Origin: Desulfomonilia bacterium
GTDB taxonomy: Bacteria > Desulfobacterota > Desulfomonilia > UBA1062
NCBI GenBank assembly: GCA_050014195.1
Contig: JBEKDT010000001.1
Span: 320,001-384,000 of the forward strand
Length of the DNA stretch: 64,000 bases
Direction of reading: 5' to 3'
Below, piece by piece: positions 48,301 through 59,959 of this stretch (position 1 is its first letter; each line of letters opens with the position of its first letter). The position numbers and the translations under genes are program-made. The notes under the pieces are model-generated. The model ran no database searches. It saw only the letters and a list, made by a program, of their open reading frames with translations, and had not been told where the DNA came from.

Positions 48301-49279
48301 CAAGGCGGGTGAAAGGGCCAAGGAACTCGTCAAACAGATCCTCACCTTCAGCCGCCAGAGGGAGACCGAGCGAAGACCCGTGAAGATCGATCTCATCATC
48401 AAGGAAGCCCTCAAGCTCCTGAGGTCATCCATCCCCAGCTCCATTTCCATCACCGAGCGCATCGACCCATCATCGGGTCCGGTATTTGCCGACCCCACAC
48501 AAATCCACCAGGTCATTATGAACCTGTGCACCAATGCCTATCATGCCATGCTGCCCAATGGAGGGAATCTTACCGTATCGCTCGAACAGCTCTATCTCGA
48601 TACGGGGTTCATCTCCCGACACCCGCCGCTCCATGAGGGGACCCATCTGCGGCTCACCGTTTCCGATACCGGCTGCGGCATGGATCAGGAGACACTCAAA
48701 CGCATCTTCGATCCCTTCTTCACCACCAAAGAAAAGACCAAGGGCACAGGGTTAGGGCTCGCCACGGTCCATGGTATTGTGACCGACCTGGGCGGTGCGA
48801 TTTTTGTCACCTCCACCATAGGCAAGGGCAGCAGTTTTGAATTATACCTGCCGACCTTTGAGGAAGAAAGCGATGAACTGGAGAATTTCATCGAAACGCC
48901 CCCACAGGGTGGGGGTGAATCCATACTCCTGGTGGACGATGAAGAGGCAATACTGAACTTTTCAAAGACCATGCTCGAGCAGCTCGGCTATAAGGTTAAG
49001 GGCATATCTTCAAGCGTCGAGGCCTTGAAGATTTTTCGTTCGTCCCCTGACAAACTCGACCTTGTTCTCACAGACCAGACCATGCCCGGCATGACCGGAT
49101 CAACACTCGCAACCGAGATCCTCACGATACGACCTGATATGCCCATCATCCTCATGACCGGTTACAGCGAGACCATCACCCCGGAGGAGGTTATTGCCCA
49201 AGGCATCAAAGAGTATATCGAGAAGCCCTTCACCAAAAATATCATCGCTGCTGCCATCCACAGGTCCCTTAAGGGCTGA
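45371..49279 (+). CDS. Multi-PAS hybrid histidine kinase with C-terminal receiver
   Basis: About seven PAS domains, GIAHDFNNIL, HATPase, LLVDDE...TDQTMP...EKP. Confidence 0.93.
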   Translation: MERKQSSGKNLKATKLLLSQTIDFLPDPTFAIDLRGKVIVWNRAMEELTQIRAQDMIGKADYEYALPFYDERHPILIDLVLHPDPDFDTKYTSIQKKGDSLFAETVALSTKRFLWGKASPIHDNNGQIIGAIESIRDITELRRAEEALLQSEKKYHDIFLNVSDLLMIHDLKGNFIETNLASKKSTGYSKADLKDMNLKDILPERYKTQFKDYINRVLENGSDEGLMTIVAKTGDERILEYRNSLRLDPEGRPTGVRGSARDITSRIKAAKRLKKEHDFITSIIQTSPAFYDAIDPDGRTIFMNQAMLNALGYTLSDVVDKDYVKQIIQAEDRRAFKDAMDTMVSSRKPVVHENRVLAKDGKTLLVQWQGKAMYHENGEIEFIFGIGIDITEHKRSEQALKESEERYRILAENARDVIWILDLDLKYVYMSPSIKRLRGYSAEEVMKQSLDQVLTPESYRRAMEVFHKELGIERMGQIHGPDWSRTIEIEMFCKDGSTVWAEVIINLLYDKEGTLTSFMGITRDITKRKRIEEELRESEEKFRLLFEKSGDGSLILDEGRFIDCNEAAIKIAGCTDKSQLMNYRPAEISPPFQPDGLLSAEKAEKMMDLAIKKGFHQFEWVHKRFDGTEVYLDVMLTAIPMKGRRLLYTTWRDISERKSVDEALRASEEKFSKAFHTSPTLMAINTFEEGRYIDVNEVFLSILGYTKEEVIGRTPDEIGIFPDTSYLTTTRKILEEQGKLNNYELQVRTKDGHFRNGLFSGDVIRLQDKKYWLTVMTDITEKRQAEEALKQSEERFRRMAEVSPEIFWMVTPDWERVIYVSPALERIIGMPVDEVYRDPRAWLNLVHPEDSNYVSSTIGFGQEHAADGEYDFRIIRKDGGMRWVRNRRYTIHDAQGNLMYYTGIAEDITERKQAEEDRKVYEARLMRSQKLEAIGTLAGGIAHDFNNILSAIIGYSELALDDLPKDNSASMNIEEVLKAGERAKELVKQILTFSRQRETERRPVKIDLIIKEALKLLRSSIPSSISITERIDPSSGPVFADPTQIHQVIMNLCTNAYHAMLPNGGNLTVSLEQLYLDTGFISRHPPLHEGTHLRLTVSDTGCGMDQETLKRIFDPFFTTKEKTKGTGLGLATVHGIVTDLGGAIFVTSTIGKGSSFELYLPTFEEESDELENFIETPPQGGGESILLVDDEEAILNFSKTMLEQLGYKVKGISSSVEALKIFRSSPDKLDLVLTDQTMPGMTGSTLATEILTIRPDMPIILMTGYSETITPEEVIAQGIKEYIEKPFTKNIIAAAIHRSLKG

Positions 49280-49319
49280 TACGCACCACATTCTCCTTTT
49301 GAACGAAAAAGTGTTGCCC

Positions 49320-49334
49320 TGGCATACGCTCTGC
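49320..49334 (+). promoter_or_regulatory. Possible sigma54 promoter
   Basis: TGGCATACGCTCTGC (GG-N10-GC) upstream of the activator gene. Confidence 0.45.
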
Positions 49335-49479
49335 GGGTATATTATTTATTAAATTATGTTGGGGACAAAAAAGATATATTGTGTTTTATCGTGTAACAGG
49401 TGGTAGCGGCAACAAGGCAGTGCCGGGATGAAACCGAATAACCTGTCCCGGAGGGTATCAAAAATAGGGGATCGAGCCG

Positions 49480-51204
49480 TTGCTGAGCGCCAACATACTC
49501 GTCATTGATGATGAAGAGACCATCCGTCATACCTTCAGCATTTTCCTGTCCAGAGAAGGTTACAATGTTTCTACTGCACCCGATTATCAGACCGCTTTGG
49601 AGCTTATATCCAAGAACACATTCGATTTCATCCTGACCGACATCCTCCTGGGCCCCCATTCGGGCATCGAGCTCCTCCGGGAGATCAAGACAAGAGGCAT
49701 CCTGGCACCCGTCATTATGATCACGGGCGAGCCCAATGTGGACAATGCAGCCGCCTCGTTACGATATGGCGCCTTTGACTACATCACCAAACCCATCAGA
49801 AAAGAGACCCTCCTGCGGGTCACCAAGCATGCCCTGCAGCATAAGGCCCTGCTCGATGAGAAGCTGTTTGTCGAGACGGAGAAGGAGCGCTACAGGTCCA
49901 ATCTGGAGGCCATCTTCCGCAGCGTGGAGGACGGCATCATCACCGTGGACAATAACATGCGCGTCATCGAGGCAAATGATGCCACCGAGCGCATCTGCGG
50001 GATCTCACCCAAGAGCCACCAGTGGGAAGAAGGAAAAACCGATTGCACCAGAAAGTGCTGGAAGGTCCTCGAAGAATCGGTGGTCAAGGGCAGACCCATC
50101 CAAGAGTACCGGATCGAGTGCGATCACCAGCACAAGGCTCAAGGAGTGATTGTACTGAACATCTCGCCACTGAAGGGTAAGAAAGACGAGCCCATCGGTG
50201 CAGTCATGGTCATCAGGGACATTACAAGGCTTACCAATCTGGAGCGGGAGCTCCAGGAGAGAAACCAGTTCCAAAATATCATCGGCCGAAGTCCCAAGAT
50301 GCAGGAGATCTATAACCTCATAGAGGATCTCAAGGACATCGAAACTACCGTACTCATCACCGGACCGAGCGGCACAGGCAAGGAGCTCGTTGCACGGGCC
50401 ATCCACTATAGCGGGTCAAGGGCGCACAGACCCTTTGTGGTGGTGAACTGCTCGGCCCTAGCAGAAAACCTGCTTGAGAGCGAGCTCTTCGGGCATGTGA
50501 AGGGGGCATTCACGGGGGCTGTCCGCGATAGGGAGGGCCGATTCCAGCTCGCAAACCAGGGGACCATCTTCTTAGACGAAATCGGAGACATCTCTCCGAG
50601 GATACAGCTCAAGCTCCTGCGCGTCCTCGAAAACAAAGAGATCGAACGGGTGGGTGATTCCACGCCTCTGAAGCTTGATGTCCAGGTCATCTCCGCCACG
50701 AATGCCGATCTGATGGACAAGGTGAGGAAGACTCAATTCCGCGAAGACCTCTATTACCGCCTCAAGGTTTTGGAGGTGCGACTCCCGGCCCTTATCGAAC
50801 GAAGGGATGACATCTTGCTGCTGGTGGACCATTTTCTTTCTGTCTTCAGGAAAAGGTTCCGCAAGGACATCATAACCGTCTCAGCAGAGGTAGAGAAGAT
50901 ATTCATGGAATATGCGTGGCCGGGCAACGTCCGGGAACTCATCCACACCTTAGAACACGCCTTTGTGGTATGTCGGACACAGACCATCACCCTCGATGAC
51001 CTGCCCCCTGAGATCCGGGGACACATGGCGGGGGACAGACTCCGAAAAGAGGCACTCCCCACGCAACGCGAAGAATTCATCGATGCCCTGGAAAAGAGCG
51101 GCTGGAACAAGGCCAGGGCGGCCAAGACGTTAGGTATCAGCCGCCAGACCATCTACCGGAAGATGAGGGAGCTTCTCATATCCGAACCCGATAATCATAT
51201 GTAA
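49480..51204 (+). CDS. REC-PAS-sigma54 AAA+-Fis response regulator
   Basis: LVIDDE...TDI; GPSGTGKE, GAFTGA, WPGNVREL, LGISRQTIYRK. Confidence 0.93.
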   Translation: MLSANILVIDDEETIRHTFSIFLSREGYNVSTAPDYQTALELISKNTFDFILTDILLGPHSGIELLREIKTRGILAPVIMITGEPNVDNAAASLRYGAFDYITKPIRKETLLRVTKHALQHKALLDEKLFVETEKERYRSNLEAIFRSVEDGIITVDNNMRVIEANDATERICGISPKSHQWEEGKTDCTRKCWKVLEESVVKGRPIQEYRIECDHQHKAQGVIVLNISPLKGKKDEPIGAVMVIRDITRLTNLERELQERNQFQNIIGRSPKMQEIYNLIEDLKDIETTVLITGPSGTGKELVARAIHYSGSRAHRPFVVVNCSALAENLLESELFGHVKGAFTGAVRDREGRFQLANQGTIFLDEIGDISPRIQLKLLRVLENKEIERVGDSTPLKLDVQVISATNADLMDKVRKTQFREDLYYRLKVLEVRLPALIERRDDILLLVDHFLSVFRKRFRKDIITVSAEVEKIFMEYAWPGNVRELIHTLEHAFVVCRTQTITLDDLPPEIRGHMAGDRLRKEALPTQREEFIDALEKSGWNKARAAKTLGISRQTIYRKMRELLISEPDNHM

Positions 51205-51364
51205 CAACGTAACACATCTGTAACATCACCGGGCGTCACTTGTTACATAAACATGAGACACAAGTACCATCTTGCAACTGCCAATCCTATTCTATAACCA
51301 TATGATATTAAATTGTTTAATCTTAGAAAAACCCCTCTTTTTTATTCCGTGGCATGCTTCTTGT
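51200..51364 (+). promoter_or_regulatory. Putative enhancer (TGTAACA repeats) and sigma54-like promoter of the che operon
   Basis: GTAACA three times plus inverted TGTTACA (51200-51247), AT-rich spacer, TGGCATGCTTCTTGT at 51350 (non-canonical -12 GT). Confidence 0.5.
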
Positions 51365-51422
51365 GTAAGGTAGCCGGTACCCCGGACAGTCCGGAGGTCA
51401 ATGCCCAAAGACAGGAGCGAGG

Positions 51423-51827
51423 ATGCCAGGACCAGAGATTGTAACTCGCATCAGGATCGACACCATAGAGTCTGTGCTCAGGGAGGAGAAAACAGTTTTT
51501 GTGGCATGTATCAGGGATGACATTGATTACCAGGAAACCATGGGCGAAATTGAATCCGTGGCCCTCTTCGCGGGTCCCAACCTGAAGGTGTGCTACGTCC
51601 TTGAAGACCTCCTGCCCTATTTCGAGAAGCGCTTTTCCGTCTCAGGTACACCCTCATTCCTCATCATCAAAAACGGAGACCTCCTTGATTCCATCCTGGG
51701 CAAAATCTCTGCCCAAGGCCTGATGGACTTTATCAGACCCCATGTGCCGGACCTTTTGGACAGGGTGCCCCTCTTCGAGATCTCTGGAGCCAGGATAATG
51801 GCATCCAAAAGGCGGGGAATCATATGA
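51423..51827 (+). CDS. Thioredoxin-fold protein lacking CxxC
   Basis: RFSVSGTPSFLIIKNGDLLDSILG resembles the Trx C-terminal half. Confidence 0.6.
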   Translation: MPGPEIVTRIRIDTIESVLREEKTVFVACIRDDIDYQETMGEIESVALFAGPNLKVCYVLEDLLPYFEKRFSVSGTPSFLIIKNGDLLDSILGKISAQGLMDFIRPHVPDLLDRVPLFEISGARIMASKRRGII

Positions 51828-52065
51828 AAAGGTCTATTCATACCATATCGACAATCATGGCTCACCCCCATACCTTGCCCTCTTCCCCTGCCCGGGCAGA
51901 GGGCTGTTTTTTCAGGAACACCATCGGATCGAGACCGGTGGTCCAAGAAGGCGGAGCCATTCAATACCAACTTTCAAGAAATGAGCATGATCTGGTCGGC
52001 AGCCACACAGGCATCCTCGACAAGGATCATTGTTCTCATATCACTGTCGCTTCAGGGAGGAGACA

Positions 52066-54099
52066 ATGTTTAAGAATTTGAAACTAGGTACAAAACTTAT
52101 TCTTGTGGGGTCGATCCTGCTGTTGGTCCCGATCTCAGTTGTGGGTTATCTCTCGGTGAAACAGGCGAGCAAAGGCCTCTCCGAGATCGAGGACGAGCAG
52201 CTCGCAGGGGTCACAAAATCCCTTGCAGGGGCTATCAACAATGCCCTGGATGGGGAGATGATGGTCGTGAAGGATCTCTCCATTGGCCCTGAAACGATCC
52301 GGGCTGCTGCCTCGGTAGCCAATGCAGGATTTCAGGGGGCACAAGGAGATATCACTGCGCTCAATCAGAGACTCAGTCGTTTCGCACAGACCGATGGGTT
52401 GAAGGACAACTCACAGGTAGTCTATGTCACAGATCGCGAAGGCAAGGCATTTGCCGCTTCGGTTGATAAGTACATCGGGGTCTCTTTTTCTGAAAGACAG
52501 TATATCAAAGATGCCCTTGCCGGAACTCCGAACATCGGCAGACCGGATGTCAACAAGGTTACCGGCGAGCTCTTTGTCCCCATTGCTGCACCCATCCATT
52601 CACCGGACGGCAAGGTGGTGGGGGCCGTAGCAAACATCCTTTCCATCGGGATGTTGAGCGATCTGGTAGCCGGCACAAAGACCGGAAAAACCGGATACGC
52701 CTTCATGGTGGACAAAGAAGGGCGTTTCATTGCCCATCCGGACAAGGACAATCTGTTGAAGCTCAATGTAACAACCCTGCAGGGCATGGAAGAGATAGCA
52801 AAAAAGATGCTTTCCGGCCAATCAGGTGTGGAACACTATGTCTTTAAGGGGGTTGCGAAGACCGGCGGCTTTGCCCCGGTGGCTCTGACGGGCTGGAGTG
52901 TCGGGCTTGCACTCCCTGATGCGGAGTTCCTTGCCCAGGCCAATCAGGTTCGTAACATCGTCCTCGTGGTTGGTATCATATTCTTCATCGCCGCCTTTGT
53001 AGTGTTTTTCTTGTTTTCCCGGATCATCACCAGCGGTATCCGTAAGGGCGTCGACCTGGCGGTCCATGTGGCGGAGGGGGATCTCACCGCAAACATCGAC
53101 ATCCAGCAGAAGGACGAGATCGGCCAGCTGGCAGATGCCTTACGAAATATGATGACCAAGCTCAGGACTATCGTGGCGGATGTCCACAGCGCAGCGGACA
53201 ATGTGGCTGCGGGCAGCGAGCAGATGAGCTCCACGGCCGAGCAGATGTCCCAGGGCGCGAGCGAGCAGGCTTCCGCTGCCGAGGAGGCATCGTCATCCAT
53301 GGAGCAGATGGCATCCAACATACGCCAGAACGCGGACAATGCCCAGCAGACCGAGAAGATAGCCATCAAGTCTGCCGAGGATGCCCGCGAGGGCGGCAAG
53401 GCCGTGGTGGAAACAGTATCGGCAATGAAGACCATTGCAGAAAAAATAGCCATCATAGAGGAGATCGCCCGACAGACAGACCTTCTTGCCCTGAATGCCG
53501 CCATTGAAGCGGCCCGGGCCGGAGAGCACGGCAAGGGCTTTGCCGTGGTTGCAGCAGCAGTCAGGAGGCTAGCCGAGAGGTCCGCGGATGCAGCAGGCGA
53601 GATCAGCAAGCTCTCGGTGAGCAGTGTAGCGGTTGCCGAAAAAGCGGGGAAGCTCCTTAACCAGATTGTGCCCGATATCCAGAAGACCGCCCAGCTCGTT
53701 CAGGAGATCACCGCAGCGAGCAATGAGCAGAATACCGGGGCCGAGCAGATTAACTCCGCCATCCAGCAGCTCAATCAGGTGGTCCAGCAGAACGCATCCG
53801 CAGCAGAAGAGATGTCTTCCACATCCGAGGAGCTCTCGAGCCAGGCCATGCAGCTCCAGGCGGCCATTGCATTCTTCAAGATCGACAAGGAAGGCTCCAG
53901 GAAAACCGCAGCAGTGGCCCGAACAATAAAGACCGGTCATGTGGCGGCCAAACCACAGGTACTAAAGGCACACCATGAAGGGCCCAGGGTCATCACGGGC
54001 AGAGACGAAAACTCTTCCCATCACGCGGGTGTGCTCATCAACCTGAGCGACCATGAATCAACTATCGACGTGCATGATGACGATTTCGAGAAGTATTAA
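52066..54099 (+). CDS. Methyl-accepting chemotaxis protein (Cache-HAMP-MA)
   Basis: Two TM helices, Cache domain, [34 protein letters not shown]; C-terminal DFEKY pentapeptide. Confidence 0.95.
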   Translation: MFKNLKLGTKLILVGSILLLVPISVVGYLSVKQASKGLSEIEDEQLAGVTKSLAGAINNALDGEMMVVKDLSIGPETIRAAASVANAGFQGAQGDITALNQRLSRFAQTDGLKDNSQVVYVTDREGKAFAASVDKYIGVSFSERQYIKDALAGTPNIGRPDVNKVTGELFVPIAAPIHSPDGKVVGAVANILSIGMLSDLVAGTKTGKTGYAFMVDKEGRFIAHPDKDNLLKLNVTTLQGMEEIAKKMLSGQSGVEHYVFKGVAKTGGFAPVALTGWSVGLALPDAEFLAQANQVRNIVLVVGIIFFIAAFVVFFLFSRIITSGIRKGVDLAVHVAEGDLTANIDIQQKDEIGQLADALRNMMTKLRTIVADVHSAADNVAAGSEQMSSTAEQMSQGASEQASAAEEASSSMEQMASNIRQNADNAQQTEKIAIKSAEDAREGGKAVVETVSAMKTIAEKIAIIEEIARQTDLLALNAAIEAARAGEHGKGFAVVAAAVRRLAERSADAAGEISKLSVSSVAVAEKAGKLLNQIVPDIQKTAQLVQEITAASNEQNTGAEQINSAIQQLNQVVQQNASAAEEMSSTSEELSSQAMQLQAAIAFFKIDKEGSRKTAAVARTIKTGHVAAKPQVLKAHHEGPRVITGRDENSSHHAGVLINLSDHESTIDVHDDDFEKY

Positions 54100-54116
54100 T
54101 AAAAATGAGGCGTACG

Positions 54117-54189
54117 GCATGAGGCACTGGGCTTGGGGAGCTATCTCATGAACAGCGAACCGGACATAACCAAGCACAATGCCTCATGC
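54117..54189. repeat. Intergenic 20-bp imperfect inverted repeat
   Basis: GCATGAGGCACTGGGCTTGG / CCAAGCACAATGCCTCATGC (18/20 complementary), 33-nt loop. Confidence 0.6.
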
Positions 54190-54262
54190 TCAGCCAGAAA
54201 TAACATTGGTCATGAAGATGCAGTGACGGAGACAGACATATAAACGGAACAAGGAGAAGGCA

Positions 54263-54784
54263 ATGAGCGTGGAGACAATAAATGAAACCAGACAGTACCT
54301 TTCGTTCAAGCTCGATGAAGAGGAATTCGCACTGGACATATCCAAGGTCCGCGAGGTGCTCGACTTCACCAAGATAACCAAGGTGCCCCAGACCCCTGAT
54401 TTCATGAAAGGGGTGATCAACCTCAGGGGGGCGGTGGTGCCGGTGGTGGACCTCAATAGGAAGTTCGGGATCAAGGACACGGAAAAGACGGTGAATACGA
54501 GGATCATCATCGGCGAGGTCTCAATCGAAGGCGATGAGACAGTACTCGGAGTACTGGCAGACTCGGTTCACGAGGTCATGGAACTGGAACCCGAGAGCAT
54601 CGAGCCCGCTCCCAAGATCGGCGCAAAGCTCAACACGGACTTCATCAAAGGCATGGGCAAGCGCGATGATGAATTCGTCATGATACTGGACATAGATAAG
54701 GTCTTCTCAGCAGGGGAGCTCTCCTTTGTCAACCAGACAGACCAGCCCGCTGGCTCGGCCGATATGGTGGATCTGGTCGCATGA
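54263..54784 (+). CDS. cheW: CheW
   Basis: QYLSFKL, GVINLRGAVVPVVDL, GVLADSVHEV. Confidence 0.95.
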   Translation: MSVETINETRQYLSFKLDEEEFALDISKVREVLDFTKITKVPQTPDFMKGVINLRGAVVPVVDLNRKFGIKDTEKTVNTRIIIGEVSIEGDETVLGVLADSVHEVMELEPESIEPAPKIGAKLNTDFIKGMGKRDDEFVMILDIDKVFSAGELSFVNQTDQPAGSADMVDLVA

Positions 54785-54809
54785 GAGACAATGAGGACAT
54801 AATTCATTG

Positions 54810-55688
54810 ATGGAACACTCATCCATGCAGAACATACACCCGGAGGTTTCGGCAAAAGCCGCCTTGTCTCAAGAACTCTTTGCCCAGTTGGGCAAGTTCA
54901 TCTACGACACATGCGGCATCAAGATGCCGCCCACCAAGAAGACCATGCTTGAGGCCCGCCTCATTAAGAGGATGAGGTCTCTTGGTCTCGAATCTTTCCA
55001 GGAGTACTGCAGGTACCTCTTCAGCCCGGAGGGAGAGGCCAATGAGCTTGTGCACATGATCGATGCGGTCACCACCAACAAGACCGACTTTTTCCGTGAG
55101 CCGCAGCACTTCGAGTACCTTTTGAATAAAGCCATCCCCGACATTATAGCCGGTATCGGGACAGGCATCCGCAAGACCTTCATGGTATGGTCCGCTGCAT
55201 GTTCCTCAGGGGAAGAGGTCTATACCCTTACTATGGTCCTGGAAGAGTTCGCGAGAAAAAGACCCGGATTCAAGTATATGGTCCTCGGAACCGACATATC
55301 CACAAAGATGCTCGAAACGGCCAAAGCAGCGATATATGATGAAGAGCGTATTATACCTGTCCCCATGGATCTGCGACAGAGATACCTTCTGCGGAGCAAG
55401 GACCCGCAAAAAAAAGATGTAAGGATCATCCCTGAGCTTAGGGCAAAGGCGAGGTTTCGCTGGCTCAATTTCATGGACCAGGACTTCGGACTTCGGGAGA
55501 AGATGGATGTCATTTTTTGCAGGAACGTGCTTATCTATTTCGATAGGCCGACTCAGGAAAAAGTCGTAGGCCATCTGTGCAGGCATCTCACAATCGGGGG
55601 CTACCTGTTCACCGGACATTCAGAGACCTTGAGCGGCATGGATCTCCCCCTGGAGACAGTCGCCAATACCGTCTCGAGGAGGATCTAG
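54810..55688 (+). CDS. cheR: CheR methyltransferase
   Basis: TTNKTDFFRE, WSAACSSGEEVY, IFCRNVLIYF, GHSE. Confidence 0.95.
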   Translation: MEHSSMQNIHPEVSAKAALSQELFAQLGKFIYDTCGIKMPPTKKTMLEARLIKRMRSLGLESFQEYCRYLFSPEGEANELVHMIDAVTTNKTDFFREPQHFEYLLNKAIPDIIAGIGTGIRKTFMVWSAACSSGEEVYTLTMVLEEFARKRPGFKYMVLGTDISTKMLETAKAAIYDEERIIPVPMDLRQRYLLRSKDPQKKDVRIIPELRAKARFRWLNFMDQDFGLREKMDVIFCRNVLIYFDRPTQEKVVGHLCRHLTIGGYLFTGHSETLSGMDLPLETVANTVSRRI

Positions 55689-57322
<1,634 letters not shown>

Positions 57323-57327
57323 ATGTC

Positions 57328-59163
57328 ATGGGGCTGATGAACAGCATATTGCTCTTCATGCAAGAACGCACGGGCCGTACACAAGATGTTATCCGTCAAG
57401 GAGATGATACCGCCCACCAATGGACATCAACCCTCAGGCGGCTTGGAGAAGGTCTCGACGGTTTGGTCGCCTCCTCTGAGGAGAGCTTCCTTAATATCGG
57501 AGAGAAACTCAAGGAATTCTATCAACGGGCCCAGGAGATGTGCGGCAAATCGAGCGAGATGGTCGGGATCATGACCGGCGAGGGGCTATCCGAGGCCATC
57601 GCAGGCCTGAGTGCAATCCTGGATGAACTTAGGCAGTTCATGAATATACCGGAAAAAAGCTTCTCCCGGACATTAGATGTCCTCAATGAGCACCTGATGA
57701 CCCTGAAAAAGGTGTCGTCCTCACTGGAGGACTTCAACATGCTCGTAATGAACTTAAGTATGCTGGGCTTTCTCACCCAGGTCGAGAATGCCCATATCTT
57801 CACCAATAACACGGGATTTGCAAGCCTCACCGACGACGTGAGGAGCCTTGCAGAGACCATTAAACAGAAGTCATCCCAGATAAGCGCAAAATCCGATACG
57901 GTTCTGTCTTTCATTGCTCATGCCCGGGGCAAGGTGGCTGATTATAAAATAAATCAGCGCAAGCAGATTCACCTCATGCTGGAAAAGGCCATGGCCAACC
58001 ACAAAAGCCTTACATCCAAACACAGCACCACATCCGGATCGGCTCGGGCTATCGAACAAGGGACAAAAAAGATAGCCTCCAGCATCGGCGACATCGTCAT
58101 GTCAATGCAGTTCCACGACATCACCCGCCAGCAGGTAGAACACGTGAAAGATGTTCTGGAAAGCCTCTGCGTAAGAATCAACGAAGGAGGCCACACCCAT
58201 GAGGAAGTGGCGGTCTTTGTGAGGGATGTATGCAACCTCCAGCATGCACAGATCCGGCAGTCCAAAGACGAGCTGACAAATGCCGTGGTAAAGATCATTC
58301 ATAATCTCCATACCATCAGCACGAGTGTGGGAGAGATCCAGAAGGTAACCGAGGAGGTGGCCTTGGCTTCAGAGACAGGAGGTGTATCCTTCATGGAGGA
58401 CATCGATGCCGGAATCTCCTCGATCATCGAGTGCATGAGGGCCTCCTCCGACGAACAGGCAAAGATCACCGATACCGTGAACTCCTCAAGCGTTATGGTC
58501 TCGGAGATGTCCGTGTTTGTCCGCGATATTGAGACGCTGGGCATGAAACTCCAGCTCATTGCCCTGAATGCCCGTATCAAGGCAGCCCACCTTGGCCAAG
58601 ATGGTGCTGTGCTGGATACAATATCGGGCAGCATTTACGAACTATCCAAGAATGCCCGTGATGACACCAGTAACCTCAGCAGCATGTTGGCGGAACTGGT
58701 GAGACTATCCAGCAAGTTCAAGGAAGACTACCAGGGTATGCAGAAGGGGCAGCTGCAGGCCGTGGATCATGTGGTTGAGAAACTTAAACGTCTCATTGCA
58801 TTCCTTCAAGGCATCGATAAAACGGTGCTCGCAATGCTCACGGACCTTTCAGGCCTCAGTGATGACCTCATGAAGGATATCGAGGATGTTGCATGCAACA
58901 TCAAGGTGCACAAAGAGCTGCAGGCCAAACTGGAAGAAGTGATGGATACCATCCTCGATGTTTCTGAAGGCGCACAGGATATCTGCCCGACAGGCAGGTT
59001 TGCGGCAACTTCATCATTCCTCACCGACATAGACAAGCTTTACACCATGGAGAGTGAGCGTGAGATTCACATGATGCATACGGATGCCCCTAAGCAGGCC
59101 ACGATACAAGAAAGATCCAATGCCCCCTCGGATGATCTGGGAGATAATGTCGAGCTTTTTTAA
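57328..59163 (+). CDS. Soluble atypical MCP-like protein
   Basis: MQFHDITRQQVEHV, LQLIALNARIKAAHLG; ends NVELF. Confidence 0.75.
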   Translation: MGLMNSILLFMQERTGRTQDVIRQGDDTAHQWTSTLRRLGEGLDGLVASSEESFLNIGEKLKEFYQRAQEMCGKSSEMVGIMTGEGLSEAIAGLSAILDELRQFMNIPEKSFSRTLDVLNEHLMTLKKVSSSLEDFNMLVMNLSMLGFLTQVENAHIFTNNTGFASLTDDVRSLAETIKQKSSQISAKSDTVLSFIAHARGKVADYKINQRKQIHLMLEKAMANHKSLTSKHSTTSGSARAIEQGTKKIASSIGDIVMSMQFHDITRQQVEHVKDVLESLCVRINEGGHTHEEVAVFVRDVCNLQHAQIRQSKDELTNAVVKIIHNLHTISTSVGEIQKVTEEVALASETGGVSFMEDIDAGISSIIECMRASSDEQAKITDTVNSSSVMVSEMSVFVRDIETLGMKLQLIALNARIKAAHLGQDGAVLDTISGSIYELSKNARDDTSNLSSMLAELVRLSSKFKEDYQGMQKGQLQAVDHVVEKLKRLIAFLQGIDKTVLAMLTDLSGLSDDLMKDIEDVACNIKVHKELQAKLEEVMDTILDVSEGAQDICPTGRFAATSSFLTDIDKLYTMESEREIHMMHTDAPKQATIQERSNAPSDDLGDNVELF

Positions 59164-59186
59164 GGGGGATGAAAAGGGGGACTTAA

Positions 59187-59537
59187 ATGGCAAAAATTGA
59201 CAAGATAGACAATGACAACACCATGATACTCAGGGTCCAGGGCGCCCTTTCTATCCAGGATGCCTCTGCATTGAGGGACTGCCTTCTCAAGGCGCTCGGC
59301 TCTACCGAAAGCCTCGTCATCGACCTCTCCGGGGCCGAAGCCATTGACCTTGCATGCCTGCAGGTATTGTGCTCGGCGCATAAAACCTTTTCCAAAGCCC
59401 AAAAGAGTATCGGCATCACGGGTGAGCTGCCGGAAGGGATCGTGAGATCACTTTCTTCAGTCGCCCTTGTTCCTGATGCCTGCGATAGAGAATCCCATGG
59501 CCCATGCTTGTGGGCCACAGGAGGGAAAAATGAGTAA
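59187..59537 (+). CDS. STAS-domain protein
   Basis: VQGALSI...VIDLSGAEAIDLACLQVL. Confidence 0.85.
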   Translation: MAKIDKIDNDNTMILRVQGALSIQDASALRDCLLKALGSTESLVIDLSGAEAIDLACLQVLCSAHKTFSKAQKSIGITGELPEGIVRSLSSVALVPDACDRESHGPCLWATGGKNE

Positions 59538-59895
59538 AACAATCTTAAGCGTGGATGATTCGGCGAGTATCCGGCAACTGGTGGTATTCACCCTTGAGAA
59601 GGAGGGCTACGAGGTGGTATCAGCCGTGGACGGCCAGGACGCCCTTGTCAAGGCAAAGGGGCAGGCGGTCGACATGGTGATTACCGACCTGAACATGCCA
59701 AATGTGGACGGCATAGAGCTTATCCAGGCCTTAAGGGCAGACCCTGCCTTTAAGTTTACGCCCATCGTCATGCTTACCACCGAGTCGGCCTTGAACAAAA
59801 AGGATGCTGGCAAACTGGCCGGTGCCACGGGCTGGATCGTAAAGCCCTTTAAGCCGGAACAGCTCATAGCCGTGGTGAAACGGCTGCTCGGGTGA
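59530..59895 (+). CDS. cheY: CheY response regulator
   Basis: ILSVDDS, TDLNMP, MLTTES, GWIVKPF. Confidence 0.93.
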   Translation: MSKTILSVDDSASIRQLVVFTLEKEGYEVVSAVDGQDALVKAKGQAVDMVITDLNMPNVDGIELIQALRADPAFKFTPIVMLTTESALNKKDAGKLAGATGWIVKPFKPEQLIAVVKRLLG

Positions 59896-59959
59896 GTGCA
59901 CCTACAAAAAAAGATGATTCCATGAGAGAATCCAACATTTTTCATTGAGGAAGGTAGCT

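Noticed and set aside
51824-52081. 85-aa ORF between the thioredoxin-like gene and mcp
   Set aside because: Has ATGA coupling but no recognisable features and overlaps the mcp start; cannot be supported.
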